This document shows, piece after piece, positions 40,517 to 58,475 of a DNA stretch of 64,000 nt. The stretch covers positions 38,626,001-38,690,000 of the forward strand of contig OZ024752.1 of NCBI GenBank assembly GCA_964016885.1. Reading direction: 5' to 3'. Positions within the stretch are counted from its first letter, which is position 1; the number at the start of each line of letters is the position of its first letter. The notes under the pieces are model-generated. The model saw only the letters and a list, made by a program, of their open reading frames with translations. It ran no database searches and was not told the origin of the DNA. The position numbers were made by a program, and so were the translations under genes. This DNA comes from Eledone cirrhosa. Taxonomy: Eukaryota.

Positions 40517-40692
40517 TTTAAAAAATAATGAATAAAACAAAGACACAGTTCCTTATATTAAACAAAAAAAGTTAATTATTTAACGATCGTTTCTAGGACA
40601 TATATGTGTTAGAATTGGCATGCATATTCAAAAGATCTATGTACAAAATTATACAAACTATCAAGGAGAATATACATACCATCACATATATA
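40508..40692 (-). mobile_element. Solo truncated copy of the FB6 family
   Basis: Colinear with 45172-45357, including TAACGATCGTTTCTAGG; lacks the CUGAAGA end; between (TA)n tracts. Confidence 0.85.
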
Positions 40693-40706
40693 TGCATACC
40701 ATCACA

Positions 40707-40745
<39 letters not shown>

Positions 40746-40886
40746 TCATTATCGTTTAACATCCATCTTCCACGCTACCATGGATTAGATGGTTTTGTTC
40801 CATTTGATGCGGGAATGGTCAGGAGACCGTGTCTCGCTCATATGGAAGCGTCTCTGGCAGGTCTTATATATATATATATATATATT

Positions 40887-41075
40887 TTATAGAAGGAGCT
40901 TCTACAGGAATAGTACTGTTTCATTCAGATGAAATCTTCAGGTCCTGAAGATTTCATCTGAATGAAACAGAACTAGTCCTGTAGAAGCTCCTTCTATAAC
41001 ATAAAAAAATTTTACTCTGCCATGTATTGAGTACCTTACTTACTGTGGTTATGCCCAACTCAACCCGGGACCTAC
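40887..41075. mobile_element. Foldback element FB5 with a minimal hammerhead on each arm
   Basis: Arms 40887-40942 / 40944-40999 around T40943; right arm extends to about 41075; (TA)n on both sides. Confidence 0.82.
40939..40981 (+). ncRNA. Minimal type I hammerhead ribozyme candidate
   Basis: CAGGUC-CUGAAGA-U-UUCA-UC-UGAA-U-GAAA-CAGAAC-UA-GUCCUG; stem I 5/6 bp; stem III reduced to one A-U pair. Confidence 0.6.
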
Positions 41076-41125
<50 letters not shown>

Positions 41126-41142
41126 AGGAAATGCTTTTTGAT

Positions 41143-41206
<64 letters not shown>

Positions 41207-41236
41207 CTATTCAAAGGAAATGCTTTTTGATACACA

Positions 41237-41298
<62 letters not shown>

Positions 41299-41533
41299 AT
41301 ATATATATATAAACATACAAAGGAAATGTTGTTGAGCAAGATAAAAGCTTCAGGTGAATCAAGTATGAAATATGATTTTAATTTCTGGTTCAAATGCATT
41401 TTACTTCACTTGTCAATAATATATATATATATATTTTTCTATGTCCATATCTGCATTGTCTTGGCCTTATTACACATATTCTAACGTTTATACCTCATTA
41501 CACAATGCTTCAAGTGAACTATAACCTCCTCCC

Positions 41534-45040
<3,507 letters not shown>

Positions 45041-45226
45041 AGATAAATCTACCAGAGTTTACGGTAGTGTCCAATCCGTATGAAGAACTCAATGTATTCC
45101 GGATATCATGGAAAGAAGAGATGCAATGAAAAATCACTTTCGGTGAAAGATAAACGGTATACAGAGTCAAGATAAAATATTAAACAAATAATGAATAAAC
45201 AATTCCTTATATTAAACAAAAAAAGT

Positions 45227-45378
45227 TCATTATTTAACGATCGTTTCTAGGATATATATGTGTTAGAGTTGGCATGCATATTCAACAGATCTATGTACAA
45301 AGTTATACAAAATTATACAAACTATCAAGATTAAATATACATACCAACACATATATACGCCGTCTTCAGAAATAATGA
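45227..45378 (-). ncRNA. Type I hammerhead ribozyme with extended stem II, left arm of FB6
   Basis: Minus strand: 9-bp stem I UCAUUAUUU/AAAUAAUGA, CUGAAGA, GAAA-C-GAUC-G-UU. Confidence 0.75.
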
Positions 45379-45525
45379 TTATTTCTGAAGACGGCGTATA
45401 TATGTGTTGGTATGTATATTTAATCTTGATAGTTTGTATAATTTTGTATAACTTTGTACATAGATCTGTTGAATATGCATGCCAACTCTAACACATATAT
45501 ATCCTAGAAACGATCGTTAAATAAT
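45378..45525 (+). ncRNA. Type I hammerhead ribozyme with extended stem II, right arm of FB6
   Basis: 7-bp stem I AUUAUUU/AAAUAAU, CUGAAGA (45385-45391), 115-nt stem II domain, GAAA (45507-45510), stem III C-GAUC-G, predicted GUU cleavage after 45518. Confidence 0.75.
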
Positions 45526-45582
45526 GAACTTTTTTTGTTTAATATAAGGAATTGTTTATTCATTATTTGTTTAATATTTTAT

Positions 45583-47230
<1,648 letters not shown>

Positions 47231-47232
<2 letters not shown>

Positions 47233-48213
47233 CTTTGAATAACTTTGAAATGTTTTGGCCAGTATTGGCCCAGGCCATGTCTAACTTAATAGCACCACCT
47301 GGCGAAGTCTTTCAATTCAGGATTTGGGCACCATGGCCCATTCGAGAAGAGAATTACTGTTTGCGGAGACATATCCGGGTGTGGGTGGTTTGTCCGAGAT
47401 TACTTGGAGGAATTTGTCCAAAGACTTCTTGAATTTTGAGTGGTCAGTTTCTGTTTTGACGTGTCCTGGTGTGATGTTGAAGAGAGCAGGGCCGATTGAG
47501 GTGAAATAATTGTGCCGTATTGTTGTTATGAGTTGCGATTTAGATTTTTGAATGGGACGGATAGCACGGGGCCCAAGCCTTGGGTGTATCTTGAAGGCGA
47601 TGCCAACATCATTTGGGCAGTGATGATGGAACATTTTCCACATCATGCAGATAATATAACGCTCACGGTGACGTTGGAGTGAGTAAAGTTTCAGGTTTTC
47701 CAATCGACCCCAGTAGTCAAGGTCTGACATGCCATCTATCTTTTTCGTGATTGCCCTTTGAGGAGCTTCAAGTTTCATAATACTTTGTTTCGTGTGGGGA
47801 GACCACAGTGGACAACAGTATTCAAGGTGTGGTCGGGCGAAAGTAGAGAAGAGAAGGATAATGGTGCGGGAATCTCTCGACTGGAAGGTTCTGAGGATCC
47901 AGGAACACATTCTGCGGGCCATGTCAACTTTGCTGCTTATATGCGTGGTCCAGCTTATGTTGCTGTCCACGGTTACTCCCAAGTCTCTGATGTTGTTAGA
48001 TGCCACGAGAGTTTCCCCGGAGGGAAGGGAGTACGGGAGTTTCAGAGCATCCTCTTTTCCAAAGTGGATCAGTTCGAATTTGTCCTCGTTCAGTAACATG
48101 TTGTTCTTTTCTGCCCATTGGGTAACAGCCAGTAGGTCTGACTGAAGGCTTATCCGGTCATCCACGCCATTGATGACCTTTTGGAGCTTGGAATCATCAG
48201 CGAAAATTTTAAT
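47231..48213 (-). mobile_element. 5'-truncated CR1-like (CR1/L2 group) LINE: RT C-terminal half, thumb and 3'UTR
   Basis: Uninterrupted frame 48213-47317: [46 protein letters not shown]; 3' end (TTCAAAGTTA)2; (TA)n on both sides. Confidence 0.92.
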
Positions 48214-48297
48214 ACATATATATATATACATAGATATATATATATATATACATATATACATATACATATACATATATACATATATATACATATACAT

Positions 48298-48331
<34 letters not shown>

Positions 48332-48339
48332 ACATATAC

Positions 48340-48370
<31 letters not shown>

Positions 48371-48473
48371 CATATATATATACATATACATATACATATA
48401 TATATACACATACATACATATATATATACATACATATATACACATACATACATATATATATACATACATATAT

Positions 48474-48540
<67 letters not shown>

Positions 48541-48845
48541 CTTTGTTTTTTTTAACTTTGTTTTTTTTATGACTTTGTTCATTTCCCATGATTATTGACT
48601 TTCATCTTGAGATATAAGACCTTATTTTTTCAGAAATCAACCTAAGCACTCAACTGGTGCTTAGGTTATCGATTGTGGTAGTCAGCATCTGTAGGATTTT
48701 AACTCAGAAGGTAAAGGAATGCAAATCACCCTTCTCATACAAAACCAGTCTCAAACAACCCTATATTTATGATACAAAACTGCCTGTCTTCAAATGCTTA
48801 TATTAAAACCTTCCACCATAATATTATTTTAGAAATTTTGCTTAA

Positions 48846-49052
48846 CCCTTTAGCATTTAAATCAGCCATATCCGGCCAGAATTCTCTCACCTCTTTCTGT
48901 TTAAACCAGCTATAATAAGCCACTCATACTGATATTAAAGTATTGTTCTCAAAATAAATAATATCAAAATCTCATAAATTTAATATTATGTGAGATAAAG
49001 CCTTTACCGTGAAAATACAATAGTAAATATAGAGTAATGTAAATGCTAGAGG
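48846..49052. mobile_element. piggyBac-type MITE nested in an older TTAA-type element (about 48725-49195)
   Basis: TTAA-CCCTTTAGCATTTA...TAAATGCTAGAGGG-TTAA. Confidence 0.88.
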
Positions 49053-49602
49053 GTTAAGCAATATTTTAAATATTAGCTTACTAGTGAAAATCTTAGTTTT
49101 TTTATTGAGTTCCTCCAAATTTTTTGTTATTTTTAAAACCAACTGAAACACATAAGCAGTGTATTTCATTAAAAATCTAGTAATGAAAGAGTTAAAATAT
49201 TTATTCTACTGTGGGATATATTATCCTGTGTGATATCATTATAGAATGTTTGTTGTGTCCAGTATCCTTTATGAGATATTTAGGAAATATCTAATGACCT
49301 TTGTAACATGTGAGAAATATTTACTGACCTACCATATATATGCTGATACGAATATAAACCAACCCCACCTATTTTATTATGTCTGAGAGATAGGCAAAAA
49401 TCCAAGCCCCATTTATAAACTGAGGCAGCTAATCAACACATTGTTTAGATGGCGTATACAACCCCCACCCCATTTTTACCATCGATATTTGGTTGTATAT
49501 TCCTCGGCTTATATTCAGATACATATGGTAGTTATTTTGTTAAATTTCTCTGAAGATTTCGTTTCAATTAAAAATGTAGGCAGTGAATTTCATTAGAAAT
49601 AC

Positions 49603-49803
49603 TGTAAAGAATATTGTCCAAATACAGTAAAGAATATTGTCCAAATATAGCAAAAAGTCTGTCCAAATATTGTAAGGAATATTGTCCAAATGTTGTAAGG
49701 AATATTGTCCAAATATTGTAAGGAATATTGTCCAAATATTGTAAGGAATGTTGTCCAAATATTGTAAGGAATGTTGTCCAAATATTGTAAGGAATGTTGT
49801 CCA
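49603..49803. repeat. 23-bp minisatellite, about 9 copies
   Basis: AATATTGTCCAAATATTGTAAGG repeated. Confidence 0.9.
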
Positions 49804-49894
49804 CCACTCAACTGATTCAGCCATTCAATTTCCCTTTCATGAATATTAACAATGTAAGTGAATAAAATACATATTTCATATTTCATGAGAGAAA

Positions 49895-50207
49895 AGCAGA
49901 GCTTGGATGAATTGAGGGAGAAACTGGGTTTAAGAGGAATCAGAAGCGTACAGGAGAGAAGACTGCATTAGTATGGATATGTGATGTGCATGGATGATGA
50001 TCGATGAGTGAAGAAATGCCAGTGGAGGGAAGCCATAGTAAAGGAAGACCAAAAAAGATCTGGGCAGAGGTGGTGAGAGCCGATTTCAAATTTCTGAGAC
50101 TCGCAGAGGAGATGACAAAGAAACGTGGCAATGAGTGGAGTGGAGAGATGCTGTGCTGAGAAAGACCCATCCAACCTATGCAAGTGTGGAAAAACAGACA
50201 TAAAAAC

Positions 50208-50236
<29 letters not shown>
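49895..50236 (+). pseudogene. Degenerate RTE LINE 3' end with (ATG)n tail
   Basis: ELREKLGLRGIR..RRLH*YGYV..GRPKKIW; similar to the 59540-59980 ORF. Confidence 0.85.
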
Positions 50237-50238
<2 letters not shown>

Positions 50239-51721
50239 CACCTGGAGGTTACTTCTTCCTCAATGTTATTTGTCATATGAAACATTTAAATATTTGTTCC
50301 TAAGAATTTTCTCCCTCTTCATCAAACTGTTTCTTCTTTATGAATTTATTTTTCCTGGTAAACTTTATACATTAGCTTGGGTTTTGCATTTAATGAACAA
50401 TCTGATTTACTTGCTATTAACAAGCTACCTAAATATATTCAACAGTGTTATATTACAAATATTGTATTACAATATTACAATCTCTCAGATGAAATGCTGA
50501 GAGCTAAATGTGTTTAACAATTTAGAATATTTCAAATACCAGAAAGGTATTTTAAGACATACACTGTACTTTGCTATGACATTCTACAAGACCTCAAGGC
50601 AGTGATGCTGGACCTAGACATGTGACAGAGGGACTCTCTCACTACAGCCCGGTTTGAAACCAGCTAAGAAGGCAGTGGTGTTAGACCTAGACATGTGACA
50701 TAAGGACTCTGTCACTGAAGCCCCGGTTGGAACTGGCTAAGAAGAAGAAGAAGAAGAAGAAGGGCTAGGTCATTGGCAAGAGACACAATGTATCATTGAT
50801 AACAAGTATAACCCATTGACCCTTCAACCAGTAGGCCAGCACTCCATTTATCAACCAACTTCAACTCTTTTATGCCTCTAAGAAATCAATATACCATAAG
50901 AACATTTGAACAAGAAAGCTTTCAGTTGATTTAGTCTTAGTATATGAAGAACTAGGATAATTCACAGTATATGCAACACTGAAACATCTTATGGTAGGAT
51001 AGTGGTACTTAAAATGTCATTTTATTTCCAAAATTAGCATTTTTTTTTTAAATAACAACAAAAAATATATAAAATAGTAGAAAAAAATAATTTGAGAATA
51101 TTTTTCTTAATAAAATTCTGTCAATTTCCAAGCTTGCCAATACTATTAATATATGTCAAGTGAAAAAGGATTCTTTTTTAAATTTATTTTATTTTTTATC
51201 TACCTATTTTTATTTTATTTTTTTATTTTATCTATTTATTTATTTTATTATATTTTATTTCTATTTTTATTTTTATTTTATTTTTATCTACCTATTTTTA
51301 TTTTATTTTTTATTTTATCTACCTAATTTTATTTTATTTTTTATTTCGTCTGTTTATTTATTTATTTTTTAATTTCATCTATTTATTTATTTTATTTTTA
51401 TTTTATTTTATTTTTTCCTAAGAACAAGGATATGCTGTAATGGAACTCGCTAGAGAGAATCTGGGGCATTTGTCAGTAGAGATATGTACAGTAGTCAGAA
51501 GTTTAGCAACCATTTTCACTACTATTACTTACAATAAAATATTGTAACACCGTTTTTTGTGCAACTTGGAAAACTCAAAGAAGAAAAGAAAAATTAATAT
51601 TTTTTTCTTCATTCATTCATGATGTAAAATTTCTTTAGTAAATATGGTTTCATTTATTCCAATTTTGTTTTATATTTTGTTTGTTATGTTTATAAGTGGT
51701 GAAGCTCAGTAACAATTACTC

Positions 51722-52300
51722 TTAATACAACTTTAGTATAGATAAATATAGTAAAAATGGACCCTATAATATATTAATATAACTTTAGTATAGTTAAATA
51801 TAGTAAAAATGGTCCCTATAAAATATTAATATAACTTTAGTATAATTAAATATAGTAAAAATGGTGCCTGTGAAATATTAATATAACTTTAGTATAGATA
51901 AATATAGTAAAAATGGACCCTATAATATATTAATACAACTTTAGTATAGATAAATATAGTAAAAATGGACCCTATAATATATTAATATAACTTTAATATA
52001 GTTAAATATAGTAAAAATGGTCTCTATAAAATATTAATTGTTTCTACTTTAGGCACAAGGCCAGCAATCACCCAGTGCATTACTGGTACTTTATTTTATC
52101 GACCCCGTAAGGATGAAAGGCAAAGTCAACCTCGGCGGGATTTGAACTCAGATCATAAAGGGACGTAACTATGCTGGAAAACATGGCGTCCGACCCTCTA
52201 CCGATACTGCCAATCCACCGCCGTCTCTATAAAATATTAATATAACTTTAGTATAGATAAATATAGTAAAAATGGTGCCTGTGAAATATTAATATAACTT
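51722..52300. repeat. 52-53-bp AT-rich minisatellite interrupted by a SINE-A (minus strand, 52039-52222)
   Basis: AACTTTAGTATA at 51729 and 51781; SINE flanked by 19-bp TSD GTCTCTATAAAATATTAAT (52020-52038, 52223-52241). Confidence 0.9.
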
Positions 52301-52659
52301 GAGTCCCAACCACCTGGGACCCTCATGGCGAAGACTAGCAAGGGTCAGAAGTCAGTGGGAGGAGTCTAAGGAGGGATTCCTCCTCTGTGAGTGATTGCAA
52401 GACCCTGGATCAAGAGGATCAAGATAAGACAGATAAATGTCGTAAGAATGGTCTCCACTAAATACTATAGACAGTTGTAGGTAGCTCCTTAGTTTATATA
52501 GCTAAATATATCTAGAAGCAAATAAAAGTATAAATTACAAAGTTTGTAATGTGTTTTAGGAATTTCTTGCCCATGTCATGCAGTGGGATCAAACCCTGGA
52601 CTTAATGATTACAAAGTAAACTTCTTTTTGGCCAGTGGAGTTGAAAACTTTAAGTTACT

Positions 52660-53075
52660 TAGCACCAGTTGTTGTCAGGACCAAACCAGATCCCCATCAA
52701 CTTAAATGATCCATCTGACCAGTAGCCATGATACTGTTGGATGACATGGAATTAAATGTCTGTCATCAAAATACCATCCTCCACATATGCCGATACAGCT
52801 CTTCTGCATCCTGGTTCAAGCTGGAAAACCCTTAACAGCTCTAGCTTCCGCAGCTGTGGCTCAAACATCAGTACATACAGAAGGAGAGAGAGCACACTTG
52901 ACGGACTGAGCACAGGATCTGAAAAGGTTCAAATAGGTGACCATTTGCTCTGACCACTGAGCAGATGCCATTGTGGGTTGCTGTGATCAAGCCACTAAAA
53001 ACAAAACCAAAACTGGGGTAAGCACCATCCGGATGACCCTCTGGGCTCGAGACAGACTTTAGACTATATTAACAG
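52660..53075 (-). pseudogene. Degenerate L1/Tx1-clade reverse transcriptase fragment
   Basis: Minus-strand motifs with frameshifts: SVRQ..LLYVLMFEPQLRKLE, VSAYVED (YADD-derived), WSDGSFKLMGIWFGPD. Confidence 0.75.
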
Positions 53076-53949
53076 GCATAGCTAGTTGTCAGCATTGGTA
53101 CTATTAACAGTACCAGCTCCAGTATACATGGTCATTTCTTGCAGCTCATACATCAGTAACAGCTGACATAGCAACAGTAATACCAGCAATAGAAGCAGCC
53201 GACAGTCACACTCAGTACCAACACAGCAACTCAGTACCAACACAGCTATTTGTTTTTCAACAGTTAAGCAGTTCTGCAATGACATGATATTCATTTCAGC
53301 CATGCAACAACATTTAGTCAAAAAATGCAACAATTTACAGCCATTAGTTTCTGCAGTCAGTAACACTTACAGGTTACACACTCACAACCATCAACTTTTG
53401 TTACATAAACAGAACGGTATACAACTTTCTACAAGAGTAACATTACTTTCCAGTTTGCTTTCATTGAAATTATATAGTAGCAGGATCATAATACCATACA
53501 TGTATTTATATTTTATATATATACAGTTCAGTATGAGCAAGATACAGTCACATGACTTAGCATTATTCTCAACAGGACAACTTGTACAACCCATGCTAGC
53601 GTAGAAAAAGGGACATAAAACGGTGATGATGATGATAATGATGACATCTACCTCAGACTCACTAGTATGTCAATATATTTATTGCATGTATTTTTGTGTG
53701 TTTCTACAGACTCGCTTGCATGTACACATGATGATGATGATAAATCAAAGCCATACTTCCATCAAATACTTCTAAAATTAGGTTCAACTGTAAAGTGGTA
53801 ATGCTGGCGCTGTAAAAAAAAAAGGGGCCGAGTAAACACTGAAAAGTGATTGGCATTAGAAGTGCATCTAGCTAATCTTATTTTATTTAACCTTTAGTAT
53901 GCTAGTAATTTTTATGAGTTGTTTCCCTTGACACTCCATTATCTATTCA

Positions 53950-54140
53950 GGGGCGGTGAATTGGCAGTATCGGTGGAGGGTTGGATTATGCTTTCCAGCA
54001 TAGTTACGTCCCTTTACGATCCGAGTTCAATTCCCGCCGAGGTTAACTTTGCCTTTCATCCTTACGGGGTCGATAAAATAAAGTACCAGTAATGTACTGG
54101 GATAATTGCTGGCCTTGTGCCAAAAAGTAGAAACAATTAT
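53950..54140 (+). mobile_element. Full-length SINE-A with TSD
   Basis: 16-bp direct repeat ATTATCTATTCAGGGG at 53938-53953 and 54136-54151. Confidence 0.92.
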
Positions 54141-54244
54141 CTATTCAGGGGAGATTACTCATATTGTGCATTTTGTTGCCTGCAGCGTGCTGAAGGTTAC
54201 ATTCTGGTACCCAAATGATGCATTAAATATAAAGGTTCAAGACA

Positions 54245-54603
54245 GGGGATCATGCAATCCATTGAATTAACCCTGGTTCTTAACTGGAACTTATTCTATT
54301 GTCTGCAGAAGGAGGAAAAGCAAACTCAACCCTGACTGGAATTTAACTCTGAAAGTCAAATAATTGTTTCTACTTTAGGCACAAGGCCAGCAATTACCCA
54401 GTGCATTACTGGTACTTTATTTTATCGACCCCGTAAGGATGAAAGGCAAAGTTAACCTCGGTGGGATTTGAACTCTGAAAGTCAAATAATGGTTTCTGAT
54501 TTAGGCACAAGGCCAACAATTTTGAGAGAGGAGTAAGTTGATTAAATCAACACCAGTGCATTACTGGTACTTTATTTTATCAATCCTGTAAGGATGAAAG
54601 GCA
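54245..54603 (-). mobile_element. Three stacked partial SINE-A-related copies
   Basis: Core repeated three times; middle copy flanked by AACTCTGAAAGTCAAATAAT direct repeats. Confidence 0.8.
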
Positions 54604-55037
54604 TAGAGAGAGGAGAGGCAGAGCAAGAAAAAGAGATGGTGAGATCAAGAGAAAATATAGATAGAGAGAGGGAGAGAGAGAAATAAAACAAAACAAGATG
54701 GAAAGAAAAAGTATAATTACGTCAGTCACAGAGAAAAACCGTCGGTGCACATGTATTTATGTATGCGTGTGCATGCGTGTGCATGCGTGTATGTGTTTAT
54801 GTGTAGGGGATATTTATGTAATAAAAAGTTCAAATAATAAAACTTTGCGGGAATGTTCTCACGGCAATGCATGACGATATAGTAAATGTAGAAAAACAGG
54901 GGTTTCATTGTGAAATAACCACTCCAGATATTTTAGCACCTTATTTACGTAGAATTTGAAGTTGATGAAAATCATCAAAATATTGATTCACCAATATAAG
55001 CCGACCGCCATTTTACCATCGATTTTACTATATCAAC

Positions 55038-55903
55038 AAAGAAGAAGAAGAAGAAGAAGATAGAAGAAGAAGAAGATAGAAGAAGAAGAAGAAGAAGAAG
55101 AAGAAGAAGAAGAAGAAGAAGAAGAAGAAGAAGAAGAAGAAGAAAATAGAAGACAGAAGAAGAAAATAGAAGAAAAAGAAGAAGAAAATAGAAGACAGAA
55201 GAAAAAGAAGAAGAAAAGAAAAAAAGAAGAAAATAGAAGACAGAAGAAGAAGACAGAAGAAGAAGAAGAAGAAGAAGAAGAAGAAGAAGAAAATAGAAGA
55301 AAGAAGAAGAAGAAGAAGAAGAAGAAGAAGAAGAAGAAGAAGAAGAAGAAAAAAGAAGAAAATAGAAGACAGAAGAAGAAGAAGACAGAAGAAGAAGAAA
55401 AAGAAAAAGAAGAAGAAAATAGAAGACAGAAGAAGAAGAAGAAGAAGGTGGAGGAGATGACAATGCCGCCAATGATGATAACGAACAAGAGGATGGTGGT
55501 GTGGCAGTGAGGTGGGGCGGGGTGAGGGGTAGGTTTGTTATACCTGAGCTTTTGACAAGCAATGGGTGATCAATTAATTTCAATTTCAACCATACCTGTC
55601 TGACTGCCTCGCAACCATATTGTTGAAGTAGCTAATTGATTACACGGTACTATCATAATAATAATCATCATCATCATCATCATTGCCATCATCATCATCA
55701 CCAACATCACCACCATCATCATCGCCATCATCATCATCGTCACCACCATTATCATCATCATCATCACCATCATCACCATCACCATCATCGTCACCACCAT
55801 CATCATCACCACCACCACCACCACCACCACCACCACCACCACCACCACCACCACCACCACCACCACCACCACCACCACCACCACCACCACCACCACCACC
55901 ACC

Positions 55904-55937
<34 letters not shown>

Positions 55938-56385
55938 TCACCATCATCACCACCATCACCATCGTCACCACCATTATCATCATCATCATCATCATCACCA
56001 CCATCACCATCGTCACCACCATCACCATCATCACCACCATCACCACCATCATCATTGTCATCATCATCGCCATCGTCATCGCCACCATCATCCTCATTGT
56101 CATCATCATTGTGGTTACCATCCTCATCATCACCATAATCATCATCATCACCACCATCACTATAATCATCATCCCCATCATCATCACCACCATCACCATA
56201 ATCCTCACCACCACCACCATCATCATCATCATCACCATCATCACCACCATCATCACCATCATCACCATAATCATCATCATCACCACCATCGCTATAATCA
56301 TCACCATCATCACCATAATCCTCACCATCACCATCATCATCATCATCATCACCATTATCATTGTCATCATTATAATCATCATTTG
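55038..56385. repeat. (GAA)n tract 55038-55447 and (CAT/CAC)n tract 55650-56385
   Basis: Directly visible. Confidence 0.95.
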
Positions 56386-56502
56386 TCTTTTAAAAATGAC
56401 CAAGTGGGCTGGAACTCGTCAAATCAGACCAAGGAAACAAGATTTCCATTGGTCTTTCCATTGCTGATATCATTTACTAGTTGCAACTCTTGGCAGAAAG
56501 AT

Positions 56503-58475
56503 CAACGTGAAATAAAGTGTCTTGCTCAAGGATATAACTCATCACCCAATCCAGGAATCGAACTTGCAGCCTCACAATTGTGAATCCAGGAATCGAACTT
56601 GCAGCCTCACAATTGTGAATCCAAGAATCGAACTTGCAGCCTCACAATTGTGAATCCAGGAATCGAACTTGCAGCCTCACAATTGTGAATCCAGGAATTG
56701 AACTTGCAGCCTCACAATTGTGAATCCAGGAATTGAACTTGCAGCCTCACAATTGTGAATCCAGGAATCGAACTTGCAGCCTCACAATTGTGAATCCAGG
56801 AATCGAACTTGCAGCCTCACAATTGTGAATCCAGGAATTGAACTTGCAGCCTCACAATTGTGAATCCAGGAATCGAACTTGCAGCCTCACAATTGTGAAT
56901 CCAGGAATCGAACTTGCAGCCTCACAATTGTGAATCCAGGAATCGAACTTGCAGCCTCACAATTGTGAATCCAGGAATCGAACTTGCAGCCTCACAATTG
57001 TGAATCCAAGAATCGAACTTGCAGCTTCACAATTGTGAATCCAGGAATCGAACTTGCAGCCTCACAATTGTGAATCCAGGAATCGAACTTGCAGCCTCAC
57101 AATTGTGAATCCAGGAATCGAACTTGCAGCCTCACAATTGTGAATCCAGGAATCGAACTTGCAGCCTCACAATTGTGAATCCAGGAATTGAACTTGCAGC
57201 CTCACAATTGTGAATCCAGGAATCGAACTTGCAGCCTCACAATTGTGAATCCAGGAATCGAACTTGCAGCCTCACAATTGTGAATCCAGGAATCGAACTT
57301 GCAGCCTCACAATTGTGAATCCAGGAATCGAACTTGCAGCCTCACAATTGTGGATCCAGGAATCGAACTTGCAGCCTCACAATTGTGAATCCAGGAATTG
57401 AACTTGCAGCCTCACAATTGTGAATCCAGGAATCGAACTTGCAGCCTCACAATTGTGAATCCAGGAATCGAACTTGCAGCCTCACAATTGTGAATCCAGG
57501 AATCGAACTTGCAGCCTCACAATTGTGAATCCAGGAATCGAACTTGCAGCCTCACAATTGTGAATCCAGGAATCGAACTTGCAGCCTCACAATTGTGAAT
57601 CCAGGAATCGAACTTGCAGCCTCACAATTGTGAATCTAGGAATCGAACTTGCAGCCTCACAATTGTGAATCCAGGAATCGAACTTGCAGCCTCACAATTG
57701 TGAATCCAGGAATCGAACTTGCAGCCTCACAATTGTGAATCCAGGAATTGAACTTGCAGCCTCACAATTGTGAATCCAGGAATCGAACTTGCAGCCTCAC
57801 AATTGTGAATCCAGGAATCGAACTTGCAGCCTCACAATTGTGAATCCAGGAATTGAACTTGCAGCCTCACAATTGTGAATCCAGGAATCGAACTTGCAGC
57901 TTCACAATTGTGAATCCAGGAATCGAACTTGCAGCCTCACAATTGTGAATCCAGGAATCGAACTTGCAGCCTCACAATTGTGAATCCAGGAATCGAACTT
58001 GCAGCCTCACAATTGTGAATCCAAGAATCGAACTTGCAGCTTCACAATTGTGAATCCAGGAATCGAACTTGCAGCCTCACAATTGTGAATCCAGGAATCG
58101 AACTTGCAGCCTCACAATTGTGAATCCAGGAATCGAACTTGCAGCCTCACAATTGTGAATCCAGGAATCGAACTTGCAGCCTCACAATTGTGAATCCAGG
58201 AATTGAACTTGCAGCCTCACAATTGTGAATCCAGGAATCGAACTTGCAGCCTCACAATTGTGAATCCAGGAATCGAACTTGCAGCCTCACAATTGTGAAT
58301 CCAGGAATCGAACTTGCAGCCTCACAATTGTGAATCCAGGAATCGAACTTGCAGCCTCACAATTGTGAATCCAGGAATCGAACTTGCAGCCTCACAATTG
58401 TGAATCCAGGAATCGAACTTGCAGCCTCACAATTGTGAATCCAGTTCCCTAACTACTAACACAAGCACCATCATA
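56503..58475 (-). repeat. SINE-B-like element whose tRNA head carries a 35-bp unit amplified about 54 times (56548-58443)
   Basis: Minus-strand unit GGATTCACAATTGTGAGGCTGCAAGTTCGATTCCT contains B box GTTCGATTCC; degenerate A-box region at the right end, CCTTGAGCAAGACACTTTATTTCAC body at the left. Confidence 0.92.

Larger units (their letters stand above)
45172..45582. mobile_element. Foldback element FB6: 205-bp arms, no mismatch seen, 1-nt centre (G45377)
   Basis: Arms 45172-45376 / 45378-45582; lies between multi-kb (TA)n tracts. Confidence 0.9.

Noticed and set aside
48214-48582. N-terminal part of the 421-aa ORF
   Set aside because: Microsatellite read-through; the RT sequence begins near 48213
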